Below, one piece after another: positions 40,154 through 53,114 of a DNA stretch of 64,000 bases. The DNA is taken from assembly GCF_006345805.1 (NCBI RefSeq), contig NC_043011.1:38204464-38268463 (forward strand), written 5' to 3'. Positions within the stretch are counted from its first letter, which is position 1, and each line of letters opens with the position of its first letter. Origin of the DNA: Octopus sinensis. Lineage: Eukaryota. The notes under the pieces are model-generated. The model had not been told where the DNA came from, made no database searches, and saw only the letters and a list, made by a program, of their open reading frames with translations. The translations under genes were made by a program, and so were the position numbers.

Positions 40154-40207
<54 letters not shown>

Positions 40208-40644
40208 CATATATATATACATTATATATACATATATACATACATATATACATATATACATATATATACATATATACATACATATATACACACATACATA
40301 CATGCATACATACCAAATGCATGCGTATCTATGTGCATATATACATGTATATGTATATATATATATATATATATACATACATACATACATATACGCAAAC
40401 AAACACACGCACATATATCTATATAGTTTATATATTAGAGACAAGTATTTTCTGTATAGAACACACCTCGTAGTGCTCAAGAGATGTATATCTCTTGAAC
40501 AGGTAGAGGACTAAATGTATGGACAAACAAGTCAGACGAGACGATACATAAAAAATATTAAATACGTTTAATACAAAAATATACATATGTTTACATATAA
40601 AAAGGTCTGACTTACAATAGAATTGATGTCAAGAATTAAAGGGG

Positions 40645-40685
<41 letters not shown>

Positions 40686-40853
40686 TATATATATATATAT
40701 ATATAAATAGATGAGTGTATTTTACCTTGTTAACCATTAACACGGATAAATGAATGAATAGTTACCAGGGCAGCAAAAATCTCACAAGTAAAGATGTTGT
40801 AACTCCTTGTTTATAAAGGTTGAAACTTCGTGTTTACGTTGAATATTTGAATA

Positions 40854-41280
40854 ATAGGAATAAAAAATGGAGTTAACGCAGGTTTAAACCAGTATTTTTT
40901 CTTTCTACATATGTTTCAAAAATTCCACTGATACTTATTCAAAAGAATAAAAGGTATAAACAATGCAATCTTCTCTTCGGGAAAGTGAAAAAACGAAACT
41001 TGTCAATACGATATTTTAGCAAAAAATGATGGATTCGTATAGCGATAGACAGAACGCTATTAATATTAATATTAATAGCGTTCTGTCTATCGCTATACGA
41101 ATCCATCATTTTTTGCTAAAATGTCGTATTGACAAGTTTCGTTTTTTCACTTTCCCGAAGAGAAGATTGCATTGTTTATACCTTTTATTCTTTTGAATAA
41201 GTATCAGTGGAATTTTTGAAACATATGTAGAAGAAAAAATACTTGTTTAAACCTGCGTTAACTCCATTTTTTATTCCTAT
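40854..41280. repeat. Near-perfect 427-bp palindrome with no spacer
   Basis: Centre ...GCTATTAATATTAATATTAATAGC... at 41067/41068. Arms of ~213 bp differ at about three positions; the right arm runs into (TA)n. Confidence 0.95.
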
Positions 41281-41283
41281 ATA

Positions 41284-41338
<55 letters not shown>

Positions 41339-41428
41339 ACATTTCCGTTAATGTAAGATCAATAAAAATATTTTGAATCCAGTGAGATAACTGTCAAATA
41401 CACGCAAAAATACATACACTCCTTGACT

Positions 41429-41479
<51 letters not shown>

Positions 41480-41511
41480 GTATGTATGTATGTATGTATA
41501 TGTTGTTATTA

Positions 41512-41554
<43 letters not shown>

Positions 41555-42342
41555 AAATTCCATTGAAAAGCATCTGTTCCTTACAAGACATAATTAATTA
41601 AAAATACCAATTAATAACTGATAATTCTTTTTCTTTATCCTCCCAGTGGGACGCACAGAGATATACTTCATATTTGCAAGATGATATTAATTAGATGTAT
41701 GCTAATAATCTGATGTAAAACCAGATGTTAAGTAGCGGTGAACGTACAAGTGAATTTTGCTTTTAAATTTCGGATAGATACATATACGGATTGCCTTACA
41801 TGAAAAGTATGCTTCAAATCGACGTTGCTAATTGTACGTTGCTATTGTGAGAAACATCAGTCAGTGACAGAATAGTATGATATATAAGATACATATAAAT
41901 GGGTATCTCATTCAATGCCCAACAAAAGGCCGATGCATTGCGATTCAAATCTCCTAAACGGAAATTATGCGATACAAACACTTATACAAGCACACACGAA
42001 CTAATACACACGCACACAGACATATATATCCGTACGGGATGCATACGTACATAGTATACTTCAGTGTGTGTGTGTGTTCTTGAGCAAAACACTTCATTTC
42101 ATGTTGCTCTACAACATGAACTAAAATGTTTTGCTCAAGTTCACAATGCACCACTCGGTCCAGGAAATGAAACCCTGTTCGCGCCATCATGAATGCAACG
42201 CTAGGGACTAGACCATACACCTCATACGCCGCTCAGATTACACGAATCCCTTGCTTAAAGGCGTCTCAGTCGTCCTTCTCCCATAACGTTGAATGTCTTG
42301 GACTAAATTGTTACATATATACATCACTATGTATAATCATGT

Positions 42343-42663
42343 GGAGGCTCAATGTCCCAGTGGTTATGGCAGCGGACTCGCGGTCGGAGGATCGCGGTTT
42401 CGATAACCAGACTGGGCGTTGTGTGTGCTTATTGAGCGAAACCTACCTAAAAGCTCCACGATGCTGCGGCAGTGGGTAGTGACGCCCCCAGTTGTACTCT
42501 TTCGCCCCAACTTTCTCTCACTCTTTCTTCTTGTTTCTTGAGTAACGCTGCGATGGACTGGCGTCCCGTCCAGCTGGGGTGGGGACACATACGCCATGGA
42601 AACCGGGAAACCGGGCCCATGAGCTTGGCTAGGCTTGAAAAGGGCGCATAACTAAATAATAAA
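42343..42663 (+). mobile_element. tRNA-Arg-like SINE (OR1-like), tail type C
   Basis: Same head and body as the other copies, then GCTGCGATGGACTGGCGTCCCGTCCAG...GAAACCGGGAAACCGGGCCCATGAG, which resembles the V-SINE domain as I recall it. Confidence 0.8.
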
Positions 42664-43611
42664 TGTATGGTCGTATTTATGGTCGTATGCAGTGATTTGA
42701 GATGTATTTAGTAGATATCTCTAGCTTATCAAATGAACATAAAAATGCTCTCTCTAAATGATGTATCACCAAAGTATATTTATCGCATACTAACACTAAC
42801 GACTTTCTCTCTCTTTCTCCTTCAATCTCTTAGAAAGTCTTCCACTAAATGATATGGCAATGTAAATTATATTCATCATAAACTTTCATCTCTTCCTCTC
42901 TCTCTCGCTCTCTCTCTGTTCCTCTTTCTCTCCCCCTGTCTCAGTTATGCACAAATATCGGATCGTACACTCGTATTTCGCTCTCCCCGCTCTCTTTTTT
43001 TCTCCCCCTCTCTATCTCAGTCAATTTATATCGAAAACAGACTAAATATTCTGTAGCAAAGTGACAACTGATATTTAAAGTGTTAATATTTCTTCTTGTG
43101 ATTTTTTTTTGTCTATTAATTATTTTTCTACAATAAAAAAGAGATATTCCTATTTCATTTTATTCTGCCCGACCAATTTTAGTTCTGCAGTCATTTATGT
43201 TAAATTTAATGGTGCTGTATCTGTATAGTTAGTTCAAAAGATTGACTTCAAATTAGAAAAGAACTAAGAACAAGTGGAAAATATCTTTCAAGTGAAATGA
43301 CCAAATTAATTTGAAAGTTTAATTAGTTTAAATGTTTCCTAATCTTATTAAATATAATTATATCTGACACAAGTCAGATGAAAACATAAATCTGAAAGCA
43401 AATGATTCAATATAATTCACTTTTAAAACACATTTCCAAACTTTATGCAAGTACAAATTTTCAGCGAGCGTTGAGTGAATGTGTGTACCTGTAACAACGC
43501 GTATGTATGTTAATGTTTGTATTTACGTCTGTATAAAGTTTATTTGTGTCTCCAGCTATTTGCCATAAGCACTTCTAAGTCACTTTGATGATTATTATCA
43601 ATTGTACTCAA

Positions 43612-44022
43612 GGCGGCGAGCTGGCAGAAACGTTAAGCACGCCGGGCGAAATGTTTAGCAGTATTTCGCCTGCCGTTACGTTTTGTGTTCAAATTCCGCC
43701 GAGGTCGACTTTGCCTTTCATCCTTTCGTGGTCGATTAAATAAGTTCCAGTTTCGCACTGGGGTCGACGTAATCGACTTAATCCCTTTGTCTGTCTTTGT
43801 TTATCCCCTGTATGTTTAGCCCCTTGTGGGCAATAAAGAAATAAGAATTGTTATCGCGTTGGACGAAATGCTTAGCGGTATTTCGCCCGTCGCTACGGTC
43901 TGAGTTCATATTCCGTCGGGGTCGACTTTGCTTTCATCCTTTCGGGGTCGATAAAATAAGTACAAGTGATCTACTAGTCCCCTCCCCTAAATTTTAGGCC
44001 TTGTGCCTGTTGTAGAAAGGAT
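43612..44022 (+). mobile_element. Family B SINE, long unit plus second unit
   Basis: Clean head GGCGGCGAGCTGGCAGAAACG, core, and a second core at ~43880-43960. Confidence 0.85.
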
Positions 44023-44250
44023 TGTTCATTGAAATCATGTGGGCAGACACTTATTTCTCAGCTAAGAACATTGATAGAATTCTCGCTTACTACTGACCAC
44101 TTAAGGCTATAAATATTCTTGGGTGTTTCTCCTACACAAAATCCCACTTACTGCAACAATGCACTGTCCTGCACATGTTGCAATAAACATGTACCATAAT
44201 TATTGATTAGTTATAAATTATACTCTCGATTATAGTGCCAAACCTAGTTA

Positions 44251-44816
44251 TTGTGTTGTTCGGAAAGTTCGTGCCGATTTTTAAAGGAAAGTAAAAGGTC
44301 AATAATTACTTGCCATTACATTTTTAATCAACCAAATATGAACCATTTTGTTGCACAATGCGACTCCATCTTTCCTTTTACTTGAAAATACCCTCTTCCC
44401 AGAATTGAGGTGGTTTCATGGCAAAGAATTCATCAAGGTATCTTTTTACGCCATCCAAGGAATTGAAATTTTTACCATTAAGACTATTCTGCAGAGACCT
44501 GAATAAGTGAAAACCCGAAGGAGCAATATCTGCTGAATATGAAGGGTGGGGTAACACATCCCAGCCGAACTGCAGCAATTTTTGTCTGGCTCCCAAAGCA
44601 TCAAATGCCGAAAATGAACTTTCTTCTCTTCCATTTTAAAAGGTTATAAAATTAACACAGGTTATAGGAACATAAACCTTCTTCCACGAAAAGATAGCTT
44701 AAAGTGTGCGCTAAATTGAGGTGTAGTCAAATCCTAATTTATGGACTCAACCATGTCCTAAAATAAGTCGAAAGTTAAGCTACTATAAATCGGCACAAAC
44801 TTTCCAGACAACCCAA
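44251..44816 (-). mobile_element. Mariner deletion derivative, 566 bp, TA-flanked
   Basis: TIRs TTGTGTTGTTCGGAAAGTTCGTGCCGATTT and AAATCGGCACAAACTTTCCAGACAACCCAA, with TA on both sides. Minus strand has MEEKKVHFRHLMLW joined out of frame to RQKLLQFGWDVLPHPSYSADIAPSGFHLFRSLQNSL (mariner HPPYSPDLAPSD motif). Confidence 0.9.
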
Positions 44817-45402
44817 TATTTACTGGTACTTTATTTCGAATTCAGGACAATCTAAATAAAGTTAACCTCGTTGATTGGGTAATTTCCTTTACAAAACACA
44901 CCACCTAATAATCGCTAAATTAGCCTCACTGTCAGAAAAATGTCGGAGAGGACCGAACATAGTATCAGCCCCAGTTCTTCACTGGCACTGAACGTCTTTT
45001 AGTTTGTGTTTTTTTTTTTGTTTCCTCTTCGATTTCAGAATAATAGAAAGAGAATTAACCTCGGTGGCATAATTCAGAACAAGACGTGTATTGGCAGGAA
45101 TTGGGTGCAACTCACAGACTAAAATGGCTTAAGGATTTGTTTTTTAATCACCCGTAGGGACGTTAAGATTAGTACACACAATATTTACAGAAGGAGCCGA
45201 CTATCTGAAATAGCCAACGATCTGTAGGAGCCGACTCTTTGAAATATTCTCTTGAATATTTCTATTTGCAGAGCCCCATTAGATAAAACATGCAATTCGT
45301 AACTATCAATATATTGCAGAATATATTTCAGCATATTCAAAGTCAGAACAGCTGGATGTTATTACTGTTTATTCCCTGACCGAGTCTTAATACTTAGATA
45401 TG

Positions 45403-45463
<61 letters not shown>

Positions 45464-45486
45464 GAGAGAGAGAGAGAGATAGATAG

Positions 45487-45533
<47 letters not shown>

Positions 45534-45687
45534 GAGATAGATAGATAGATAGATAGATAGAAAGATAGACAGAGATAGATAGATACATATATACATACAT
45601 ATATAGATAGATTGATAGACAGACAGACTGACAGAGAGATAGATAGATAGATAGATAGATGGATAGATAGATAGATAGATAGATAGG

Positions 45688-45719
<32 letters not shown>

Positions 45720-46538
45720 AAGATAAATAGATAGATAGATACATAGATAGTTAGACAAATAGATAGATAGAAAGATAGGTAGATAATTAGACAGAATAAC
45801 ATATAGATAAATACATTCATACATACACACATACAAACATACATACATTCATACATACATACAAACATACGTGCATACATACATACATACACAAATACTT
45901 ACATGCATTCATACTCGTGGCCACCGCATAGTTTCAAACTACCAAATCGGTTCTCAAAGCACTTCTCGGCCAGATACCATAGTAGTAAATACCAGCCTAT
46001 GAAACTCCAAGTGGGATTGCAAATATCTTGAACATAAAGACGGTGCATCAGCATGGCCGCAACTCTGAGCTGAAACTACAGAAAAAAATACAAACACAGT
46101 AACCTTTTAGAAAATTACCGCTGAAATTAGGTTATAACATTCTCTTTTGTACTTTTCATGATGTAGTTCTAGACGCACTATGCCGGGATGAATAACAGAA
46201 TGGCTTTTTACCGAAACACCAGAATATAGGTGTGCCTGATAGGGATTGGGGTCAAATTAAGAAAAGTACTCAATGTAATAACAACAACAAAAACAATACT
46301 ATAGGCAATATTGATAACAGTTAGAACAGTGGCAACAACATAAAGGTCAGTATCAATGTCATCGTGAAGAACGATAAGTTTATTAATGCGGAAAATATTG
46401 GAATCTGGTAAATGTTGGTGTTTATCTCCTCTGCCTGAGATTTAAAAAAAAAACGATTTTTGTTACGTTAAGTAACAAAATAGCTGTCTCCAGAATAATC
46501 TACAAGTATATTCATAACACATGTATATATGCATATAT

Positions 46539-46629
<91 letters not shown>

Positions 46630-46731
46630 GGAGTAAACACATAAATGCGAAACAAGGTGGAAAAAAGAGTACTCAAATACCAGTGGTAGAGTAATATGCT
46701 TTATTTTAAGCAGCAGAATATTCAACAAAAT

Positions 46732-46769
46732 CTGTTACTCTGAGTTTCTCGTTGCCGTTCATCAGACAG
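46732..46769 (-). ncRNA. Minimal type I hammerhead ribozyme, intact core
   Basis: CTGT-CTGATGA-A-CG-GCAA-CG-A-GAAAC-TCAGA-GTA-ACAG. Stem I is CTGT/ACAG, stem II has a GNRA loop, stem III ACTCAGAGT is self-complementary, and the cleavage triplet is GUA. It lies on the PLE sense strand. Confidence 0.75.
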
Positions 46770-47828
46770 TTTTTGCTAGAATGGAACCGATATATCAATT
46801 CAATCTAGACTCTTACAAACACTACACCTTTCAAAAGAAATGGACTTATTTGATTGGCCCTTTAGGAAAAACGGTCAATCTTCGAGCGATAAACAAAAAG
46901 GTTAAAAATATATGTATATATATATAAAAAAACTTATAAAAATTATAAAATCCGAGGAAAAAAACCTTACATTGAATAAAATACATATTGAAGAAAGTAT
47001 AAATTAATGCATAGAAATTAAACCTGTTATAAATATTAAACTGCAATACATATTTATATTAAAATGTACATATATATATCAACATACACAAAAGGATGCG
47101 CGCAAACGCCATACATATACAGACGTATGAATATAAATCTAAATATACACATAAATGCATGTGTACATATATTCACGCAAACCATCTCGCACGCATCTTA
47201 AAAATCATCTATGTAGCGATTCTCATATACTGAGTAAGGGGGGGACGAAAGAAAGGAAGAGAGAGAAAAAGGAACGAAGGAGGGGTGGGGAAAAAACGAA
47301 ATAAGAAAAATTATGTATACAAGCTGTGTAACGGCATTATTGGCATATATGGAGACAAGTATACAAACACAAGTTCGAATGGATACATATACATACAGTC
47401 GTGTATATGTGTGCTTAAGCACAAACATACTCTCACTTACACATACACAGAAACGCATGCTTACAAATACATATCCTTGGCTATACACATACTTATATCA
47501 ACATTCTAATTTTGACAACATTGCTTTTCTTAAAAAAACATTGCTTTTTTTAGAAAAAATGGGTGCATAAATAAGAATATATACGAAAGACATATAAAAT
47601 AAAATATAACATCCTACTTTGGATCATTTATAAATAATCAAGGTAATATAAATAATCAAGGTAATCCTATACAATACAATAACTTAAAAACAAAGTCGAA
47701 GGTTTTTCCTAATGTATATGTAGAAACATAAGACTAAGACTAAGATTAAGATCCGCATAGCTTGGAAACAAAATCCATCGTAGCGCTCATCGTTCAAGAG
47801 TCAAAATCAAAAATACAAAATATATACT

Positions 47829-48122
47829 CTATCCATATGGTATATTTATATTCGACATTTTAAATTTAGCCGCGTGCCTACATAAGTTCATTAGCTCACT
47901 TCTTTGTTTCAAAGAATTATTGTCTTTGAATAAGATGTACATTTTCTCTAATAGACAAAGTTTGCACTTGAAATTATTTTTGTATGCTCCATGCCTGTAT
48001 GGTGCCGCCCTGTCCAGAATGCTCCATGTCACGTTGAAAGGTGGGGCTTCCTTTTCTTTTAGTTCCCAGACATATTTTGCTAGGCTGGTCCTCTTCCTAT
48101 TCTCTGGGTATTTAAATGAATT
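47829..48122 (-). pseudogene. C-terminal fragment of a PLE GIY-YIG endonuclease region
   Basis: NSFKYPENRKRTSLAKYVWELKEK...FNVTWSILDRAAPY...KCKLCLLEKMYILFKDNNSLKQRSELMNLCRHAAKF matches the PLE C-terminal pattern (T.LS.YIW.LK...W.I....Y......C.LC..EK..I......LN.RSE....CRH). The ATG in the ORF track lies in the inverted UTR copy, so it is not native. Confidence 0.85.
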
Positions 48123-48445
48123 TTTTGTGTATGTTGATATATATATGTACATTTTAATATAAATATGTATTGCAGTGTAATATTTATAACAGGTTTAATT
48201 TCTATGCATTAATTTATACTTTCTTCAATATGTATTTTATTCAATGTAAGGTTTTTTCCTCGGATTTTATAATTTTTATAAGTTTTTTTATATATATATA
48301 CATATATTTTTGACCTTTTTGTTTATCGCTCGAAGATTGACCGTTTTTGCTAAAGGGCCAATCAAATAAGTCCATTTCTTTTTAAAGGTGTAGCGTTTGT
48401 AAGAGTCTAGATTGAATTGATATATCGGTTCCATTCTAGCAAAAA

Positions 48446-48483
48446 CTGTCTGATGAACGGCAACGAGAAACTCAGAATAACAG
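48446..48483 (+). ncRNA. Second copy of the family 2 hammerhead (G16.2>A)
   Basis: CTGT-CTGATGA-ACGGCAACGA-GAAAC-TCAGA-ATA-ACAG, in the inverted arm. Confidence 0.6.
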
Positions 48484-48515
48484 ATTTTGTTGAATTTTCT
48501 GCTGCTTTAAATAAA

Positions 48516-48574
<59 letters not shown>

Positions 48575-48706
48575 AAAGTATGTATACAAACAGATACATA
48601 CACATACACACAAATTTAAACGCACACGCACGCACACGCACGCACACGCACGCACACGCATACACGCACACATTGTATTGTATATTCATAACACATGTAT
48701 ATATAC

Positions 48707-48737
<31 letters not shown>

Positions 48738-48995
48738 CAAAAGTATGTATACAAACAGATACATACATATACACACAGATTTAAACGCACACGCACGCAC
48801 ACACATACACACAAACATATATATATAGATAGATAGATAGATACATGTGTGCGTATGTGAGTGTGTGAGTGTGTGTGTGTATGTGTGTGTATACACACAC
48901 AGAAACAAATTCATATATATATATATATTCACCGATAAGAAAAAGGAATGCTTATTATATTTTTTAAGTTACTTTCTTATGTGTGCGCATGTATA

Positions 48996-49064
<69 letters not shown>

Positions 49065-49221
49065 TTCTTTACCAATTGTATCATATTAAAACTTATGAAT
49101 CATTTTAATTCTTGAAGATAAATTCAATATAAGTATTTATAACGTTTGTCTTTAATAAATTTAATATTTATAAAATCTTAATTTATGTCAAATTCCCCAC
49201 ATTGCTACTATTCTCCCTTTC

Positions 49222-49253
<32 letters not shown>

Positions 49254-50049
49254 CTTTGCGAAATTCATTTTGTTTTTGCAATTATATACCTGAAATTTTA
49301 TCAATTACCGAGTAAATTGTTTTAAAACTTAATTAGTTGAGGTCGTTTAGCTGTAGTCATAATGAAAAACTTAGTAGTTAATAGAATTATATTTATCAGT
49401 AAATATATTTGTGTATATGATTACGCTTAAGTATTTCTTCTGCAACAAAAGACAAAGCAAAAATAAATCAAAACAACCGAAACCCATTTGGCTCATTACA
49501 TGTTAAAGATTAGCTATTGGCATCCTGTGCTAAAGAGATACGTATAACGACCATACACTCATCATATATGCGAGTGAGTGAGTGGGTGACAGCGTGATGA
49601 GGAGGAGAAGAGAAAGTGTGTGCTTGTGTATGTTACACGCATATATATATATATATATGTCTATATCTTGTGGATCTGTGTATATTCATACACACACATA
49701 CATACATGCACACACACGATTATATGCATACATATACATATATGTATATGTGTGTGTATATTTGTGTGTTCGCGCGTCGGGTGCACATATAACTTTGGCA
49801 TTAGAGTACTACTTTTTCCACCGTCTTTCGCAGCTATGGGCTTAGTGGTGTATGCATGTATGTATGTGTGTGTTTGCGCATATATACATACAGACATACA
49901 TATATATATATATATATATATGTATGTCTGTATGTATATATGCGCAAACACATATATGTGTGTATATATATACACACACACAAACATATATATATATATA
50001 TATACGTATATGTATACATATACATGTATATGTATATATATATATATAT

Positions 50050-50080
<31 letters not shown>

Positions 50081-50959
50081 GTATACATATACGTATATAT
50101 ATATATATATGTTTGTGTGTGTGTATATATATACACACATATATATATGCACATACTCACACATATATATGTATATACATCTCTCTCTCTCTCTCTTTCT
50201 CTCTCACTCTCTCTCACTCTCTCTCTCTCTCTCTCTCCATATATATATATATATATATATATATTTGCATATGTATATACGGAAACAACACAGATGCTGC
50301 ATGTTAAATGAGATGTGATAAAATATTCATAGGTGACATTCCTGCACACCTATACACACACACGACACACACATTCACACGTGAAATGTATTGAAATGAA
50401 TGCTAATAGTGAAAGTGCTGAAACCAGATTTTAGGTTTAACTTTTTTCTACCGAATGTATCCTTTTTAAGAGGTACATATATACGGATGTAACCAGATCA
50501 TGAATCTTCTATGCAGCTGCACTCTTTCAAGAAAGAGCATCATCATCTTACATTCATTACATCGTGCATCTTAAAATTATAATTTTAGATTACAGAGCTA
50601 ATCGCTATCATAGTCCTTGATCTTACGCTCAATGTTCAAATGCCGAGGAGGTCGACTTTACCATTCATCCTTTCAGAGTCGACAAAATAAGTAACACTTG
50701 ATCACTGGTTCAATATAATCAACTGTCTCACTGCCCGAAAAATTTCAGGTTTTGTGGCTATATTAGAAAGGGTTATAGATCTCTTTACATTATACAGAAA
50801 GCGAAATTATAGGGGTCATTGCTGGAATTTCTATATTTGATTAAGGAGCATCCACTGATGAACAACAATAGCAACGAGAACAACAAGGGAGAACTGAAAT
50901 TGTTGTGCATTCTTAGATATATTATAACTGAATAAATTAACGAATTGATACACACTTTA

Positions 50960-51163
50960 CGAGAGGGCACTGAAAAATTCCTGGCTTTAAGGCCTCTTTG
51001 AATACCTAACCTTCCGAGTTCTTTTACAGGATTTAGAAAAACTGAACGATTACTGCAATAAGTGCTGAACGTGAGAGGGGAATATATTGAATAAAATCAT
51101 AATTAGCTGATCCTCCTGCATTTTCTTTTAACCAAAGCGAGGAAGGTTTCGGCACACCCTTCG
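50960..51163 (+). mobile_element. Short mariner-derived MITE, TA-flanked
   Basis: TA|CGAGAGGGCACTGAAAAATTCCTGGCTTT ... AAAGCGAGGAAGGTTTCGGCACACCCTTCG|TA. The interior keeps a mariner C-terminus remnant (KC*T*EGNI, compare KCVELRGEYIE). Confidence 0.6.
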
Positions 51164-51699
51164 TAACACTTCGTTCATATGTGTGCTATGCCACATATGA
51201 TCCGTTGCAAACGAAATACAGAATGAAGCGCTGCGACAAACATGGAGCCTCACCTACCCTAAACAACAAGAGCAATGGAAAAAACCAGCAGGAGTAAAAG
51301 AAAGCACTATGTAAATCCATTAAATACATAGGTATAGACGAAACATACGTAAATAAAATATTCGACAGACATACGAAGAAAATACACAAATTCCCATACC
51401 TGGAATAAGTTTCTTCCGTCACATTTGTAAAGTGCTGTGTCTTTACCAATGACACTCTCTTCTTCTGGTCAAGACAACTTAGCTGTAAATACGAAACTAT
51501 ATATGCTGTGTTTTCGACAAAAGCATTCTCATTATTTTCCTTCTGTTTCTCTTTTCTTTCTCTCTCTCTCTCACTCACACACACATATACATTCACATGC
51601 GCACAATCGCAAACCCATGCCCTTTTCAAATGCACATTTCTAAATACGCTCCTGTACACTCACCAGCCTACTGTGACCCCACGGTCTGTCTATACTTTC

Positions 51700-52885
51700 T
51701 TTGATATAAATTAAGGCAATTTTGGGGAAATTACTTTTTGAACGATAAATGACTTTCCCGCCCTTTTATGAACTTACTGCCTCTACACGTGAATGAATTT
51801 GTTCGCAGCAGCTGCAACCTTCTTCTTATTTGATTTTGCGTATCGCACGCACGATACAAGTCTTCTAACTGTGGACACTCAAGTGTGATAAAGCATTGGT
51901 CTTTGCTTAAAGTACACCCCATAAAAGTAATCGGGAAGGTTGAGATTTGGGCCAGATGTTGGCCCTCACAAAAATGGCACCTTTCACCAAGGAAGGCCTA
52001 TGTTACTTTTGATTCATGGCATGGTGAAGAATCTTGGATGAGCTCCACATTGTCAAGCCCAAACCTCTGCTCCACCCAAGGTAACGGAGAGTTCGTTAGA
52101 ATGTCCAGATACTCCTTTCTGCCGATCTTCAAGCCAGACTCAATGAAGTGTAGATCCATGAAACTTCCATCATTCGCCACGGCTCCAAATGCCATCACAG
52201 ATGCATGATTCTTAGTCTAAAAACACAGTGCGAACCTCAGAAGGGCTGTGTGTAATCACTCGAGAGTTTCTGCAGTTCACCTCAGCATCCACACTGAATT
52301 TCTCGTCCACAAACACGGGAGTTTCTCCTGTACCTTGATCCTTGATGAACGACAGAATCCTTGAGAGCATGTCTCGTCTCTGATTGCTTTGATCTTGGCT
52401 GTTAGGAGGTGATGACGTCGACGAACATAGCTAGTCATGCCAAGATTCCTGGTGACAGTTCTGGTCACCGTGGAAAGAGACACATTTCGTTTCTTTGCTA
52501 GAGTTGTCATGGATGCGGATGGGTTACTTTCAAACGAGCGTTTGAGGACAGCGAGAAACTTTGCAATGCGCTTGGAATTACTTCGAGTTTTGTATACTTT
52601 TCTATCAATCTTTCCCTTTACTTCAAATTGCTAATACACACGATAAACTGTTGCTTTTTGAAATCTCATCAACTTAACAATCTTATTGGCAGTGTGTCCG
52701 GCGCACGCTAAAACAACAATGGCGGAACGGTTCTGCTCTTCCATGAATTTCTCTTCTCGAATCAGTTCGCCATTTACCAGAAACATAAAGAGAGTGATTA
52801 AGATTTTCAAACGTGCAAGTTTTTGTCAAAAAATAAAGTGTTGAAGTCACAAAGTCAACTGCTTAAAATTGGTCACAATTTATCT
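51700..52885 (-). mobile_element. Decayed, nearly full-length DD37D (maT-like) transposase copy, a different family from the 8440 and 62180 copies
   Basis: Minus-strand pieces: MTTLAKKRNVSLSTVTRTVTRNLGMTSYVRRRHHLLT; VFVDEKFSVDAEVN.RNSRVI; KNHASVMAFGAVANDG...LPWVEQRFGLDNVELIQDSSPCHESK; and a frameshifted WP...D motif. TIRs not clearly resolved. Confidence 0.8.
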
Positions 52886-53038
52886 GGAGGACTTTGCTTA
52901 TTACTCTCTCTCCTTCACATTCAATCCCACTCGTCGTCTTCTCTTGTCTATAACAGTGAATTAATCAAGATCAACATTTCGCGCAGTTTGCTTTGGATAC
53001 AAAAGTAGATTCCTCTCCCTCTCTCTCTCTCACTTTCT

Positions 53039-53114
<76 letters not shown>

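Larger units (their letters stand above)
46628..48519 (-). mobile_element. 5'-truncated Penelope-like element (family 2): GIY-YIG C-terminus, long 3' UTR, hammerhead, and an inverted copy of its 3' end at the 5' junction
   Basis: Coding remnant at 47829-48122; arms 46696-47093 and 48123-48519 are inverted copies; both outer ends abut (TA)n. Confidence 0.85.

Noticed and set aside
40466-40509. CCTC/GAGG-closed hairpin with GAACAGGTA, resembling a hammerhead layout
   Set aside because: The CUGAUGA half is GTAGTGC and GAAA is incomplete, which is too degenerate to call from one copy.
48571-48830. ~165-bp tandem duplication of microsatellite-embedded sequence
   Set aside because: It is most simply explained by slippage or assembly within (TA)n/(CA)n arrays.
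49620-50349. Long ORFs in the track (e.g. 232 aa at 49620-50318; likewise 45362-45892, 19781-20356, 4015-4502, 24960-25646)
   Set aside because: They are translations of (TA)n/(CA)n/(GATA)n/(TACA)n arrays or repeat arms, giving YI, HT, CV, YLSI or MYVC runs. These are stop-poor by composition and are not genes.
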